This document shows, piece after piece, positions 21,339 to 32,387 of a stretch of DNA of 64,000 nt. Source of the DNA: Bdellovibrionales bacterium (GTDB lineage: Bacteria; Bdellovibrionota; Bdellovibrionia; Bdellovibrionales; JAUICD01); NCBI GenBank assembly GCA_965197425.1, contig CBDANC010000015.1, positions 96,001 through 160,000 of the forward strand, written 5' to 3'. The position numbers and the translations under genes were made by a program. Under the pieces are notes generated by a model, which did no database searches, was not told the DNA's origin, and saw nothing but the letters and a program-made list of their open reading frames with translations. Position 1 is the first letter of the stretch. Each line of letters starts with the position of its first letter.

Positions 21339-21977
21339 TTATAGAGGCATCTTAACTGTTAGTGCAGCACTGTGACCAAAAAGGAACTTTTTCAAAAACT
21401 TCACATCAGTAGGAGCAGTATTCGTCACTTTAGTTGCATCTGTTGTATCCGTATTGCGGTATTTTGCTCCACCAAGTGCAACAAAGTTGTACTGAAGACC
21501 AAGGCTAACTGTGCCTAAGCTATAATCTACACCAAGACCAACTTGTCCAGCAGGAGCAAGCAAGGTTCCTTTAGCTTCACCTATCTTTGCCATGTCTGCG
21601 GAATAACCTAGATCAAAAGATATGTGAGGCATAACAGGGCTGTCATTCGCTATGTAGTAATTTCCTCCAACAAACAAGGTAAATCTATTAGAACTAGCAA
21701 CATCTGTTGTACTGTCTTTAAATTTACTTTGCAAATAACTTACATTAGCTTCCACAGTAAATGCATCTCCAACAGCAAACTCACCACCTAAACCAATCGC
21801 AGGCGGTACCCAAACCTGACTTGCTTTTATTTCAGCGCCATCTACAACAGTATTACCTTGAAAAAATACATTACCCAATGACAAGTTAACACTGTTACTT
21901 GCGCCGCCTTCCTGAGCCTGAGCAGTAGCTACAAATCCCATAACAGCAAACGCCAAAAGTAGTTTCTTATAAGTCAT
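21339..21977 (-). CDS. Outer-membrane beta-barrel protein, paralog 2
   Basis: SD GGAGG, signal peptide ending AQA, FVGGNYY, PAGQVGLGVDY, LGLQYNF. Confidence 0.82.
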   Translation of the reverse strand: MTYKKLLLAFAVMGFVATAQAQEGGASNSVNLSLGNVFFQGNTVVDGAEIKASQVWVPPAIGLGGEFAVGDAFTVEANVSYLQSKFKDSTTDVASSNRFTLFVGGNYYIANDSPVMPHISFDLGYSADMAKIGEAKGTLLAPAGQVGLGVDYSLGTVSLGLQYNFVALGGAKYRNTDTTDATKVTNTAPTDVKFLKKFLFGHSAALTVKMPL

Positions 21978-22321
21978 AAAACCTCCAAAAGTTACTAAAA
22001 CAACCAAACTACAAGATAATAAAACAACATTATCCAGTATAGTAAAAAAATAACAAGCTATTTTTTCTAGCCCAAAATCTAATCAAAACTATCGGAACAC
22101 TTATACTAAAGGTTTATAGTAAAATTAAAGTATAAACTTTCATACTATGGAAACATTTCACCTAATTTGTATCAACTACATTCCATTATCTTGTACCCAA
22201 TTATATAGCTAACCCACTGTAATGAGTTGTAAAAACCACATTTTTGGTATTCCATTGTGTATCACAATTAAATATTAAGTAAATATATAAGTAAATATTA
22301 TGCTGTTTACCGCTTAGTATT

Positions 22322-23176
22322 TTATCTAGCCCCTCTTAGTGTGCCAGGTTTAACGCTCAGTTTTAGGTCAACTCTGTGTCCACCAAGCTCTCTCATGGTA
22401 AACCTGTTGGTTACATCTAAGTTTGTAATACCACCAGATTCATTGGTAACTGACATCTGTTCATTTTGATACAAATTATGCTCATTTAACAGAATATAAT
22501 TGTAGGCAGCTCCTAAAGTTACAGGACCTAGGTCCACATCAAATCCTCCCCCAGCTTGGATAACAGAGTGATATCCCCAATCATCCACTATAGTTGCATC
22601 CTGATCGGCAGAGTTCAACTGCAACAAAGTACCCCCAGCTCCAACATCAGCGGTTAAATATGGGGTAATAACAGTACGATTTCCAAAAAAGTAATTTCCT
22701 CCGGCTAAAAGCAGAATACTTCTGCTTTTTCCATCAAAAAACACGTCATTATCATTACATAGAAATACATCGCTACCTTCATTAACATCAGCTAAAATAC
22801 ATAATTCAATAGCACCGTCATGTTCCTGTTGAAAATAAGAACCCTCTATACCCAAGGATAAACCCCTATAAGGCCTATATTCTCCGACTAGGGTAATTGC
22901 AGGCACAGGAATGGTTTGGGTAAGGTCACTATAACCAGTAGCACTCGATACTTGCATGGAGTCGCTGTTGGTATCATCACCTACATTAGTAGTGCCATTC
23001 ACATCAAAGTCTAGCCTATCAAATAAAAGTGCACCAATTGATACACCCAAGCTCCAGCCTTCTAATTCACCATAAAATATTCTGTCATCATACATATTTT
23101 GTTGCGAATGAGCACTTAGCGCAAAAAACTGAATAACAACTAACAGAACCAACTTGTTTATAGAAAACCTTATCAT
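22322..23176 (-). CDS. Outer-membrane beta-barrel protein, paralog 3
   Basis: Signal peptide; GWSLG, EYRPYRGLS, AGGNYF, DLGPVTLG, KPGTL shared with paralog 1. Confidence 0.8.
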   Translation of the reverse strand: MIRFSINKLVLLVVIQFFALSAHSQQNMYDDRIFYGELEGWSLGVSIGALLFDRLDFDVNGTTNVGDDTNSDSMQVSSATGYSDLTQTIPVPAITLVGEYRPYRGLSLGIEGSYFQQEHDGAIELCILADVNEGSDVFLCNDNDVFFDGKSRSILLLAGGNYFFGNRTVITPYLTADVGAGGTLLQLNSADQDATIVDDWGYHSVIQAGGGFDVDLGPVTLGAAYNYILLNEHNLYQNEQMSVTNESGGITNLDVTNRFTMRELGGHRVDLKLSVKPGTLRGAR

Positions 23177-23339
23177 AAAAACCCCCGGTATTTATCGTGT
23201 GTGCTAGTAAGAAAGATAACTTTAAACCAAGAAGTATAGCAAACATATTTTATAAATGGATAGAATTTATTGCGATGAAACCAAAAGGTTGCACAATTCA
23301 GTTGCAAGAACTTAAGCCTATAATTTTTATTGTTCAGTT

Positions 23340-24584
23340 TTAAAGCATCTCTTCTATTTCTAAAAGACGATTATATTTTGAAATTCGCTCTGATCTGGAT
23401 AACCCTCCAGCTTTAATCCCCTCACACTCTAATCCTAAAGCTAAATCAGCTATTGTATCATCTGAGGTATCTGCGCTTCTATGAGACATAATTTTTGAAA
23501 ATTTATTTTGCTTTGCTATCGACACAGCCTCCATAGTCTCACTAAAAGTGCCTATTTGATTACATTTGACTAACAAAGAATTGGCCCAACTATTCTTTAT
23601 TCCGATCTTAACTTTTTGAACATTTGTTACAAAAAGGTCGTCACCTACTATTTGGACAGTATCTCCCATCGATTTTGTAATTTTCTTCCATGTGTTTGTA
23701 TCTTGTTCTGAAAAAGGATCTTCTATACCAATAAGAGGGAAGTCTTTTTTTAGTCCTTCATAAATATCTAAAAGCTCATCACTAGTTATTGTTTGTTTAT
23801 CCCATAAATATTTGTTGTTTTTAGATAATTCATTTGCAGCAACATCTAAAGCTACGAAAACATTTTCTCCAGGAAGATAACCAGATTTTTGAATGGCTTC
23901 TAAGATTAGCTCTAAAGCACTTTTGTTATTTGAAAGATTTGGAGCAAATCCACCTTCATCTCCAACAGCTACAGACATGCCTTTGTCAGATAATGACTTT
24001 TTTAAAGTATGAAAAATTTCAGCACCAGCCCGCAAACTTAATGCAAATGTAGAAAGCTTTGGTACTAGCATAAACTCTTGAATATCTAAGTTGTTATTAG
24101 AGTGTGCTCCGCCGTTGATGACATTTATAAAAGGTGCAGGCATGCTAAATTTTTCTTTGTCATGTTTAGACTTTATATATTTAGATCGCACATATTTAAA
24201 TAGAGGAAGATTTAAGTCCATGCTCCCTGCCCTCAAGCAAGCAAGAGAAACACCTATGATAGCATTTCCTCCAAGCCTAGCTTTGTTTTTTGTTCCATCT
24301 AGATCCATTAGATTTGCATCAATTTTATTTTGTTCTGTAACTTCTATTCCTATCAGTTTAGGTGCAATGATTTCATTAACATTGCTTACTGCTTTAAGTA
24401 CTCCCATTCCATGGAATCTTTTGTCATTGTCTCTTAGTTCAACACATTCAAACTTACCTTTTGAAGCCCCTGAAGGAACTTTAGAAACAGCTGTGTTATT
24501 TTGAGTTGTGACTCTCACTTCAACAGTAGGGTTGCCTCTACTATCTAAAATTTCCCTGGCAAAAACTCTTTGTATCAGTGACAT
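23340..24584 (-). CDS. eno: Enolase
   Basis: AREILDSRGNPTVE, VPSGAS, NGGAH, GDEGG, GDDLFVTN, SHRS. Confidence 0.97.
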   Translation of the reverse strand: MSLIQRVFAREILDSRGNPTVEVRVTTQNNTAVSKVPSGASKGKFECVELRDNDKRFHGMGVLKAVSNVNEIIAPKLIGIEVTEQNKIDANLMDLDGTKNKARLGGNAIIGVSLACLRAGSMDLNLPLFKYVRSKYIKSKHDKEKFSMPAPFINVINGGAHSNNNLDIQEFMLVPKLSTFALSLRAGAEIFHTLKKSLSDKGMSVAVGDEGGFAPNLSNNKSALELILEAIQKSGYLPGENVFVALDVAANELSKNNKYLWDKQTITSDELLDIYEGLKKDFPLIGIEDPFSEQDTNTWKKITKSMGDTVQIVGDDLFVTNVQKVKIGIKNSWANSLLVKCNQIGTFSETMEAVSIAKQNKFSKIMSHRSADTSDDTIADLALGLECEGIKAGGLSRSERISKYNRLLEIEEML

Positions 24585-24677
24585 TTTCTAAACCACACCT
24601 TCAACAATTATTGCTTGCATAAACATTAAATAAAGCATAGAAACCACCTATGGCAAACAAAAACAAACAATATAGAG

Positions 24678-25304
24678 ATGAGTAATACAAATAAAATAAA
24701 AATTATTAACAAAAACACAGTTTATATACATTCTAAAGTTACAATTGGTGAAGGCACAGTAATTTATCCAGGGGTTTGCATAGAATCAAACACAATAATA
24801 GGAAATGACTGCGTTATTGAATCAAATTGTGTAATCAAAAGCTCCATAATAGAAAACAATACTCTTATAAAGGCCGGGAGTTACATAGAAGAATCTGTAG
24901 TAGGTTCTGACTCACAAATAGGCCCTTATGCACATATTAGAAAAAATAGTAAAGTTGGTAAGTCTTGTAGAGTGGGCAATTTTGTTGAACTAAAAAATGT
25001 AACTTTTGGTGATAAGTCTAAGGCAGCACATCTTGCTTACCTTGGAGATGCAGTAGTAGGAATAGGCGTAAATATAGGATGTGGTGTAATAACCTGTAAC
25101 CTAAGAGAAGATGGCAAAAAGTATCAAACCTTAATAGAAGACAGTGTGTTTGTGGGAAGTGATGTACAGCTTGTTGCTCCTATAAAAATTGGAAAAAATG
25201 CTATCATAGGTAGTGGTTCAACCATAACCAAAGATGTTCCTGCCAATTCGCTTGCTATAGCAAGAGCGCGAGAAACCATTAAAGAAAACTGGAAACACAA
25301 ATAA
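24678..25304 (+). CDS. glmU: GlmU C-terminal glucosamine-1-phosphate acetyltransferase (LbH) domain only
   Basis: [50 protein letters not shown]; directly upstream of glmS; no N-terminal domain. Confidence 0.85.
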   Translation: MSNTNKIKIINKNTVYIHSKVTIGEGTVIYPGVCIESNTIIGNDCVIESNCVIKSSIIENNTLIKAGSYIEESVVGSDSQIGPYAHIRKNSKVGKSCRVGNFVELKNVTFGDKSKAAHLAYLGDAVVGIGVNIGCGVITCNLREDGKKYQTLIEDSVFVGSDVQLVAPIKIGKNAIIGSGSTITKDVPANSLAIARARETIKENWKHK

Positions 25305-25306
25305 AC

Positions 25307-27175
25307 ATGTGTGGAATTATAGGATATCAAGGAAAGAGAGAAGCTTGTGAAGTGTTAATCAGAGGATTAAAGACTCTGGAGTATAGAGGTTACGATAGTT
25401 CAGGCATTAGTGTTATTAAAGAAAATAAATTTTCAAGAATACGCTCTGAGGGAACACTCAGTAACCTTGTGGAAAAAATAGAAGGTGAAGACTTAAAAAG
25501 TTCCATTGGTATTGGGCATACAAGGTGGGCAACTCATGGTATTGTCTCAGAATTAAATGCACACCCTCATCAAGTTGGTAGTGTGAGTATAGTTCACAAT
25601 GGTATTATCGAAAACTATATAGAGCTACGGGAACAAATAAAAAAAGAACAAAAAAATATTGTCCTTTCATCTGATACAGACTCCGAACTAATAGCTGCCC
25701 TTATCTATACTAATATAGAAAAAGGTTTGTTAAACGCAGTGTTGGAAACTTTGCCTAAATTGCAAGGTGCATATGCTGTTGTGGCTATGTGTGAAACTGA
25801 GCCGAATACCATAATAGGTTTTAAAAATGGCCCACCACTTGTTATAGGTACTGGAGATGGAGAAACTATAGTAGCCAGTGATATCAACCCTATTGTACCT
25901 TACACAAAAAATATTCTATACATGGAAGATAACGAAGTTATAGAAATTGTTGATAACAAATTAAGATTATTAGACACCAGTGGTAGGGAGAAATCACCAA
26001 AATTCATTAGCGCAAGTTGGAATGTAGAAGAAGAGGGAAAAAAAGGCTTTTCTCACTATATGCTAAAGGAAATTTTTGATCAGCCATCTAGTATAAAACA
26101 AGCAATCTTACCATTTTTGAACATAAAAAATAAAACTATAAATTTACCTAGCTTAGGTTTCGGAAAAAGTTTTATAGATTTTGTAAATGGTAATAACAGC
26201 TCCCATGACAATACATATGAAGTATTAAAAAAAGTTGAACATATTTTTATAGTTTCTTGTGGTACAAGCTATCATGCTGGTTTAGTTGGAAAATATATGA
26301 TCGAAAATTGGACTAATGTGAAAGTTGAAGTTGATATGTCCAGTGAGTTTAGGTATAGACGACCTCTAGTTCCTAAAAATTCTTTGTTCATATCTATATC
26401 TCAAAGTGGCGAGACTGCAGATAGTATTGAAGCATTAAGGCTTGCAAAAAAACTAGGAGCAGAAACTCTTTCGATAAGCAATACACCAGGATCTACATTA
26501 GATAGAGAATCGAATGGTCACATCTACATGTCTGCAGGCCCTGAAATAGGAGTAGCCAGTACCAAGGCATTCACATGCTCACTAGTAGGTTTAACTGCTC
26601 TGGCATTTTGTATGTCTAAATTGAAAAATAAAAACCCTATAGGAGAGTCAAAAATTTTCGATGCATTTATTGCGTTACCAACTCAAATAGAGACTGTTCT
26701 TGGTTTAGATAAAACTGTTCAACAAATTGCAAGCTCCTTCAAGAATTTTAAATTTTTGTTTATAGGTAGAGGTATTAGTTATCCAATAGCTTTAGAGGGA
26801 GCTTTGAAATTAAAAGAGTTAGCATATATTCATGCTGAAGGGTATGCAGCAGGGGAGATGAAACACGGGCCTATAGCATTGATAGATAAAAATATGACAA
26901 TTGTTGCAATAGCACCTTTAGATCATGTTTATGAAAAGACGATTAATAACCTAGAAGAGGCTAAGGCCAGAGGTGCTAACATAATATCAATTACCGACTC
27001 AAACAATAAACACCTAGATCAATTAACCCTTCACCAGATTGTAATACCAAACAATATATTGTCAGGTGTTTTAAGTGTTATTCCATTACAGCTACTTGCT
27101 TTCCATATTGCAAAAGCCTTAGGTCATAATGCGGATAGGCCAAGAAATTTGGCTAAGTCAGTTACAGTGGAATAA
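25307..27175 (+). CDS. glmS: Glutamine--fructose-6-phosphate aminotransferase
   Basis: MCGIIG, EYRGYDS, GHTRWATHG, SQSGET, PRNLAKSVTVE. Confidence 0.98.
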   Translation: MCGIIGYQGKREACEVLIRGLKTLEYRGYDSSGISVIKENKFSRIRSEGTLSNLVEKIEGEDLKSSIGIGHTRWATHGIVSELNAHPHQVGSVSIVHNGIIENYIELREQIKKEQKNIVLSSDTDSELIAALIYTNIEKGLLNAVLETLPKLQGAYAVVAMCETEPNTIIGFKNGPPLVIGTGDGETIVASDINPIVPYTKNILYMEDNEVIEIVDNKLRLLDTSGREKSPKFISASWNVEEEGKKGFSHYMLKEIFDQPSSIKQAILPFLNIKNKTINLPSLGFGKSFIDFVNGNNSSHDNTYEVLKKVEHIFIVSCGTSYHAGLVGKYMIENWTNVKVEVDMSSEFRYRRPLVPKNSLFISISQSGETADSIEALRLAKKLGAETLSISNTPGSTLDRESNGHIYMSAGPEIGVASTKAFTCSLVGLTALAFCMSKLKNKNPIGESKIFDAFIALPTQIETVLGLDKTVQQIASSFKNFKFLFIGRGISYPIALEGALKLKELAYIHAEGYAAGEMKHGPIALIDKNMTIVAIAPLDHVYEKTINNLEEAKARGANIISITDSNNKHLDQLTLHQIVIPNNILSGVLSVIPLQLLAFHIAKALGHNADRPRNLAKSVTVE

Positions 27176-27184
27176 AACTAACCT

Positions 27185-28372
27185 TTAGTGTTTAGCTTCC
27201 ATAGATATTGCTACAGCAGACAGTTTTGCAATAATGCCATAGACATTTTCCATCATAATGCCGTTTGTTGGGGACTCAATATCTGTCATGCAAAACTTTT
27301 TAAACACACTTCCTGGAGAATTTAGATTGTCAGTTATTGTTTTTTTCCCATGAGTTCTAAGGAAACCTCCTACTAAATTATCTCCAATCATATATAATAC
27401 TGGCTCCGCAATGTATCCTTCATCAGTTTTTATGCATGATGGTACACCCTCTTGGATAATTAATTCATTAACTGTTGTGCCAAGTTTTCCAGTTTTAATT
27501 CTCGATTTTTGTTTTTCATTCCAATCCAAAATATCTTTTGGATTTTTTACGGGAATAACACCCATGCCATATGTTCCTGAGTTGTTTTTGATAAACAAAA
27601 ATGGATCACTTTTAATTTCTCTTTCTTTATAATCATGGGATAAGGTTTTTATCATCTCCTCTGACATTTTAACTAGATGTTCAAATTGTATCTCTTCTAC
27701 ATTTACAGTTTCTGCCATCAGAGAGAGATACCAAGGATCGAGGTTTAAAAGATCGCATAACTCATTTACAACTCTGTGATAATATTTTAAATGAACACTT
27801 TTTTTTCTATTAAACCAACCCAATTCATACGGTGGGATGAGGGGTTGTTTTATGTTTTCAAATAATTTGTTTTTTAAAGTAAAATCATTGTTACTCAAGA
27901 TTAAATCGATTTCATGATCATCTACTCTTGCAATTCTATCTTTTATCTGTACATCTGATAGCACAACAGTTCTGCCAGATGAAGTGGTAATACTACCACT
28001 ATCCATGTGTGTTGCCATACTTATTAGACATTGGAATCCAGCTTCTTTAATGATGGAAAATATGGTATATATATTGTCCCAGTAGAATAAATTTCTGGTA
28101 TTATCTTCTGTCAAAAGGAGTATTGTTTTAATGTTACCATATCTTTTTAGTATAAAACTTCTAAAAACTTCTGATGAAGTTTCTTTGTCTACATCACACA
28201 TATTGTTAAATCCAGCAGGATATATATTTGCATCTATTGGAGCAATTTTAAATCCAGCATTTCTAATATCTACACTTGAATAAACGGTACATGGAAATTG
28301 ATTAAATTTAGTTTTAAAGAAATCATAGATGGTATCTTTTTTGCCTCTTATAGTAGTGAGAATATGATCCAT
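27185..28372 (-). CDS. gshA: Glutamate--cysteine ligase (GshA family, ATP-grasp type)
   Basis: YSSVDIRNAGFKIAPIDANIYPAGFNN, GTYGMG, IIQEGV, AEPV, VGGFLR, NLNSPG. Confidence 0.88.
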   Translation of the reverse strand: MDHILTTIRGKKDTIYDFFKTKFNQFPCTVYSSVDIRNAGFKIAPIDANIYPAGFNNMCDVDKETSSEVFRSFILKRYGNIKTILLLTEDNTRNLFYWDNIYTIFSIIKEAGFQCLISMATHMDSGSITTSSGRTVVLSDVQIKDRIARVDDHEIDLILSNNDFTLKNKLFENIKQPLIPPYELGWFNRKKSVHLKYYHRVVNELCDLLNLDPWYLSLMAETVNVEEIQFEHLVKMSEEMIKTLSHDYKEREIKSDPFLFIKNNSGTYGMGVIPVKNPKDILDWNEKQKSRIKTGKLGTTVNELIIQEGVPSCIKTDEGYIAEPVLYMIGDNLVGGFLRTHGKKTITDNLNSPGSVFKKFCMTDIESPTNGIMMENVYGIIAKLSAVAISMEAKH

Positions 28373-28373
28373 A

Positions 28374-29135
28374 TTAAATCTCTTGGTTTATTTTTAGTTG
28401 AACAACAAGCCAAGCTGCACCTACAACTGCAACAGGTAATAAGAGTAGGTTAATTACTGGCATAATTCCAAAAAAACAACAAAACCCAGTAAATTCAATA
28501 AAATATTTCTTGAATATAGAAAATCTTTTTTTCAAATCAAACTCAAGTATTTCTAATGAATAATCTAAACAATCAGATGTAATAATCAAAAGACCTATAA
28601 ATCCTGCTAGTATGCTTAAGCCAGGGACAAAGAAAGAAAGCAAAAATGGTACAAGACCAATTATTAACAGAACGGAGGTTCTGATTATTGAGATAAAAAA
28701 CATTCTAGCACAAGTTTTTAGCCAGTTTGAAATAGAAAATGGTTTTTGTTCAAGTGCATTTAGATCTTTAAGCGTTCTTTCTGCTAGTAGAGAATGGAAA
28801 GGGATGCATATGATGTTTACTAGAATCATCATTATAAACACCCATAAGATAGAAATAACAATATAAGTTGTTACGTTCAGTAAAAGCTTTGCAATTGTAG
28901 CCACAATTCCGCTGGACAGTATTGCTGTTTTTGGAGAGAAAAGAAAAGACAAAAACATAGGGAAAGTGCCAAAGCTGAACTCAAATGCTAGTATCAAACC
29001 TATAATTACAAGCACCAGTGATATTGCAAACGGTGCGATGCTAAGGTGCAGTAACTTGGTATTGTTTTTTATTAATTTAAAACCATTAATTGGAGCTTTG
29101 AAACCTAAAATAAATCTAGGTATTAAATTTCTCAT
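28374..29135 (-). CDS. EI24/CysZ-family membrane protein
   Basis: Multiple TM helices, PF..LAE, DY, P..NL...PVAVVGA. Confidence 0.75.
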   Translation of the reverse strand: MRNLIPRFILGFKAPINGFKLIKNNTKLLHLSIAPFAISLVLVIIGLILAFEFSFGTFPMFLSFLFSPKTAILSSGIVATIAKLLLNVTTYIVISILWVFIMMILVNIICIPFHSLLAERTLKDLNALEQKPFSISNWLKTCARMFFISIIRTSVLLIIGLVPFLLSFFVPGLSILAGFIGLLIITSDCLDYSLEILEFDLKKRFSIFKKYFIEFTGFCCFFGIMPVINLLLLPVAVVGAAWLVVQLKINQEI

Positions 29136-29205
29136 ATACTTATTAAAACCTGCTACAAGCTATTCATCAGATCAAGATATTGTAACTTTAGATCAATTAG
29201 CCTGT

Positions 29206-30372
29206 TTATTTGACGTGAGCAAGCTTTTTGTTTAAGAAGATTTCTGCTAGATACTGTTCAACCAATTCGTGCCTGACAAGTTCTGTTAAATTGTTTTCAA
29301 AAGAAACCATTCCATCTTTTGCTCCCGTTTGTATTACAGATTTAATTTGAAAACCTTTGTTTTCTCTTATCAGGTTTGAAACTGCTGGGTTATTTACCAA
29401 AACTTCAAATGCAGCAACTCTGCCTGTCTTACCTTTAACAGGGAATAGTTTCTGTGAGACTACCCCTTTTAAACTCTCTGCTAACATTGTTCTTACTTGT
29501 GATTGTTGATCAGCAGGGAACACATCAATAATACGCTCAAGTGTACTTGTTGCATTAGAAGAGTGAAGTGTAGATAACACCAAGTGACCAGTTTCAGCTG
29601 CTGTTAGAGCAAGGGATATGGACTCCAAATCCCTAAGCTCACCTACAAGAATTACATCAGGGTCTTCTCTTAAGGCAGCCTTAAGGGCATTTTTAAAGCT
29701 TTTGGTGTTAGACCCTAGCTCTCTTTGGTTTACAATAGATAATATATCTTTGTGAACAAATTCAACTGGATCTTCTATTGTTAGAATATGACAATGTTTT
29801 GTTTTGTTTATATGGTCTACCATAGAAGCCAAGGTCGTGGATTTACCAGAACCTGTAGCACCTGTTACAAGTATCATCCCTCTATCTAACGCAGCTAATT
29901 TTTTTAGCACAGGCGGCAGGTTCAATTTGTCAATTGGAACCACATCTTCAGGGATTAAACGAAGTGCAGCGGCGAGACCATTCTTCTGCATGAATATATT
30001 AATTCTGAATCTACCTAAGCCTTCAATGCCATATGATTTATCCAACTCCCAGTTTTCTATAAATTGTCTTTGTTCTCTTTCAGATAGGATCTCAAATAAT
30101 AAAAGCTGACACTCTTCTTTCTCTATTATATTTTCATTCAACTTAGTGATTTTACCGTCTACACGATAATATATGGGCTTTCCACTAGATATGTGTAAGT
30201 CACTGGCTTTTACACTACACATAATTTCCAAAAGCTTGTGTATGTGAGGTGCGGAGGCACTGCTGGCAAAAGATGACCCAGTTACATTTTCCCCTACAGC
30301 ACTTTTAGTTGTATTGGGTATATCAACATCCATAGTTCTTGTTTGATCTAGGTTTTTCTTGCTTTCCGACAT
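29206..30372 (-). CDS. pilT: Type IV pilus retraction ATPase
   Basis: ASDLH, GATGSGKST, TIEDPVE, ALREDPD, ETGHLV.STLH; SD AGGGG before ATG 30372. Confidence 0.93.
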   Translation of the reverse strand: MSESKKNLDQTRTMDVDIPNTTKSAVGENVTGSSFASSASAPHIHKLLEIMCSVKASDLHISSGKPIYYRVDGKITKLNENIIEKEECQLLLFEILSEREQRQFIENWELDKSYGIEGLGRFRINIFMQKNGLAAALRLIPEDVVPIDKLNLPPVLKKLAALDRGMILVTGATGSGKSTTLASMVDHINKTKHCHILTIEDPVEFVHKDILSIVNQRELGSNTKSFKNALKAALREDPDVILVGELRDLESISLALTAAETGHLVLSTLHSSNATSTLERIIDVFPADQQSQVRTMLAESLKGVVSQKLFPVKGKTGRVAAFEVLVNNPAVSNLIRENKGFQIKSVIQTGAKDGMVSFENNLTELVRHELVEQYLAEIFLNKKLAHVK

Positions 30373-30442
30373 AGGTATCCCCTGACCCATTCTGTTCGGT
30401 ATGTATTGAAAATTTATTAATAGTGGGATAGAAAAAAGGCAT

Positions 30443-31621
30443 ATGACTTTATTAATCTCTTCTGAGCCAAACATTCAAAAAGTAGCTGTTATCCATAAAA
30501 GCAAGACAGTGGATTATTTCGAGAGCCGAGATTTTGAGCTAGATGTGGGCTCTATATACAAGGCAAAAGTTAAAAATATTATCCCAGGTCTTAAGTTTTT
30601 ATTTTTAGACTTAGGAGGAAATCTTAGTGGATTCATGAAAAATGTGGAAACCAACGAATTTCACCTAGGTCAGCATCTTATGGTTCAAGTAGCTACTTTG
30701 CCCTACAAAAATAAGCTTGCTAGGGTGAGCTTAGATATTTCGATTCAAGGGCTGACTTCAGTATATATGCCAAAGAAAGTAGGTATAGGTATCTCAAAGG
30801 AGATAGAGGATGAAGAAGTAAGAAACAAACTTATTACAGGGATAAGTGAGCTTGAAATTACAGATGGTGTTATACTCAGAAGTTATGCAAAAAAATCTGC
30901 AGTTAAAACTATAGAAAATGAAATAACCTATCTTAAAAGTACTTATGAAAACGTAAAAAAAATATATTCTTCCAAAAAATCTATAGGTTTAGTTTACAGG
31001 GATTCCCCCTTACCTGTTAGGGTTATAAAGAACTTTGCTAAGTTTGGTATTACAAAAGTTTACTCTGATAACAAGTCCTTGATATCAGATATTGAGCTTT
31101 TCTTAAAAACCTTCACTTTAAAGGTGAGTATTTCACTTTATGACACATCAAAGAACATATTTGACCAATATGATGTCAAAGATCGTTTGAAAAAAGCTTT
31201 TTTCAGAAAAATTTATTTGCCTTCTGGAGGACATATTATTTTTGATGAAGCAGAAGGGTTTGTTTTGATCGATGTAAATACAGGAAGTTTTCTGGGTAAA
31301 AAAAATGTAGAAAAGACAATACTAAAGACAAACTTGGAAGCAGCTCTGGAAATCTGCATTCAACTTAGAATTAGAAACTATAGCGGCATTATACTAATTG
31401 ATTTTATAGATATGGATCAAAACTTAAGTAAAAAAAAGTTAATAAATGTTTTACATAAGGAACTAAAGAAGGACATAGCCAGAACAAATCTAATTGGCTT
31501 TACCAGGTTAGGTTTAATTGAAATGACTAGAAGACGAACCGGCGTAAGCCTAAATGAAATGTACTCAAACACCTGTCCTCATTGCATGGGAAAAGGGGTG
31601 TTATCCACCAAACCAGATTAG
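30443..31621 (+). CDS. rng: Ribonuclease E/G family protein
   Basis: S1 domain, LPSGG, IDVNTG, TNLEAA, IDFIDM, EMTRRR, CPHC.G.G. Confidence 0.88.
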   Translation: MTLLISSEPNIQKVAVIHKSKTVDYFESRDFELDVGSIYKAKVKNIIPGLKFLFLDLGGNLSGFMKNVETNEFHLGQHLMVQVATLPYKNKLARVSLDISIQGLTSVYMPKKVGIGISKEIEDEEVRNKLITGISELEITDGVILRSYAKKSAVKTIENEITYLKSTYENVKKIYSSKKSIGLVYRDSPLPVRVIKNFAKFGITKVYSDNKSLISDIELFLKTFTLKVSISLYDTSKNIFDQYDVKDRLKKAFFRKIYLPSGGHIIFDEAEGFVLIDVNTGSFLGKKNVEKTILKTNLEAALEICIQLRIRNYSGIILIDFIDMDQNLSKKKLINVLHKELKKDIARTNLIGFTRLGLIEMTRRRTGVSLNEMYSNTCPHCMGKGVLSTKPD

Positions 31622-31775
31622 AAGTAATGGCGTGTATATAGCGAATTTTCACGGCGCTGGGATAGGTTAGGGTGTCTACATCTACTAAAAAATAAAGCTG
31701 TAAGAATTGACAATTGTTGGTTGTTATGAGACAACTTTCAGGTTTCAAACCTTGAGGTAGATGGGAGATATCTAA

Positions 31776-32096
31776 ATGTATGCCATTATTCAATCCGGAG
31801 GAAGACAATACAAGGTGTCTCCTGGTGAAAAGATTACAACGTATCACAAGGATTGTTTCAAACTTGAAGCCAATCAACCTGTTAAAATTGATAAGGTTTT
31901 GGGGTTTGGAGATAATAATACTTTCAAAGCAGGCAGTCCATTTGTAGATGCTGTGGCTCATTTCAAGGTTTTAAGAGCTTTTAAGCAAAAGAAGGTGTTG
32001 GTGTTTAAGAAAAACAGAAGAAAAAGATACAGAAGGCTAAATGGACATAGGCAGCAGTGTGTAGAGCTTGTCTGTGAAAAAATTGATTGTAAATAA
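31776..32096 (+). CDS. rplU: 50S ribosomal protein L21
   Basis: MYAIIQSGGRQYKV, KKNRRKRYRRLNGHRQ. Confidence 0.96.
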   Translation: MYAIIQSGGRQYKVSPGEKITTYHKDCFKLEANQPVKIDKVLGFGDNNTFKAGSPFVDAVAHFKVLRAFKQKKVLVFKKNRRKRYRRLNGHRQQCVELVCEKIDCK

Positions 32097-32121
32097 AATT
32101 TAACACAGGTGGGGCACAACC

Positions 32122-32376
32122 ATGGCATCGAAGAAATCTGGTGGAAGTAGTAAGAATGGAAGAGATTCCAAAAGCAAACGGCTGGGTGTGAAGATATTTG
32201 GTGGTGAAGCAGTAAAACCTGGGACTATAATAGTTCGTCAAAGAGGAACCAAGTTTCATATAGGGAAAAATGTAAAAGCCGGTCGTGATCATACAATATT
32301 TTCTAAAATTTCTGGTGTTGTAAAGTTTGAACAAGTCAGTAAATCCAAATACAAAATAAGTGTCTACGATCACTAA
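32122..32376 (+). CDS. rpmA: 50S ribosomal protein L27
   Basis: [29 protein letters not shown]. Confidence 0.98.
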   Translation: MASKKSGGSSKNGRDSKSKRLGVKIFGGEAVKPGTIIVRQRGTKFHIGKNVKAGRDHTIFSKISGVVKFEQVSKSKYKISVYDH

Positions 32377-32387
32377 AAGACACCCCT

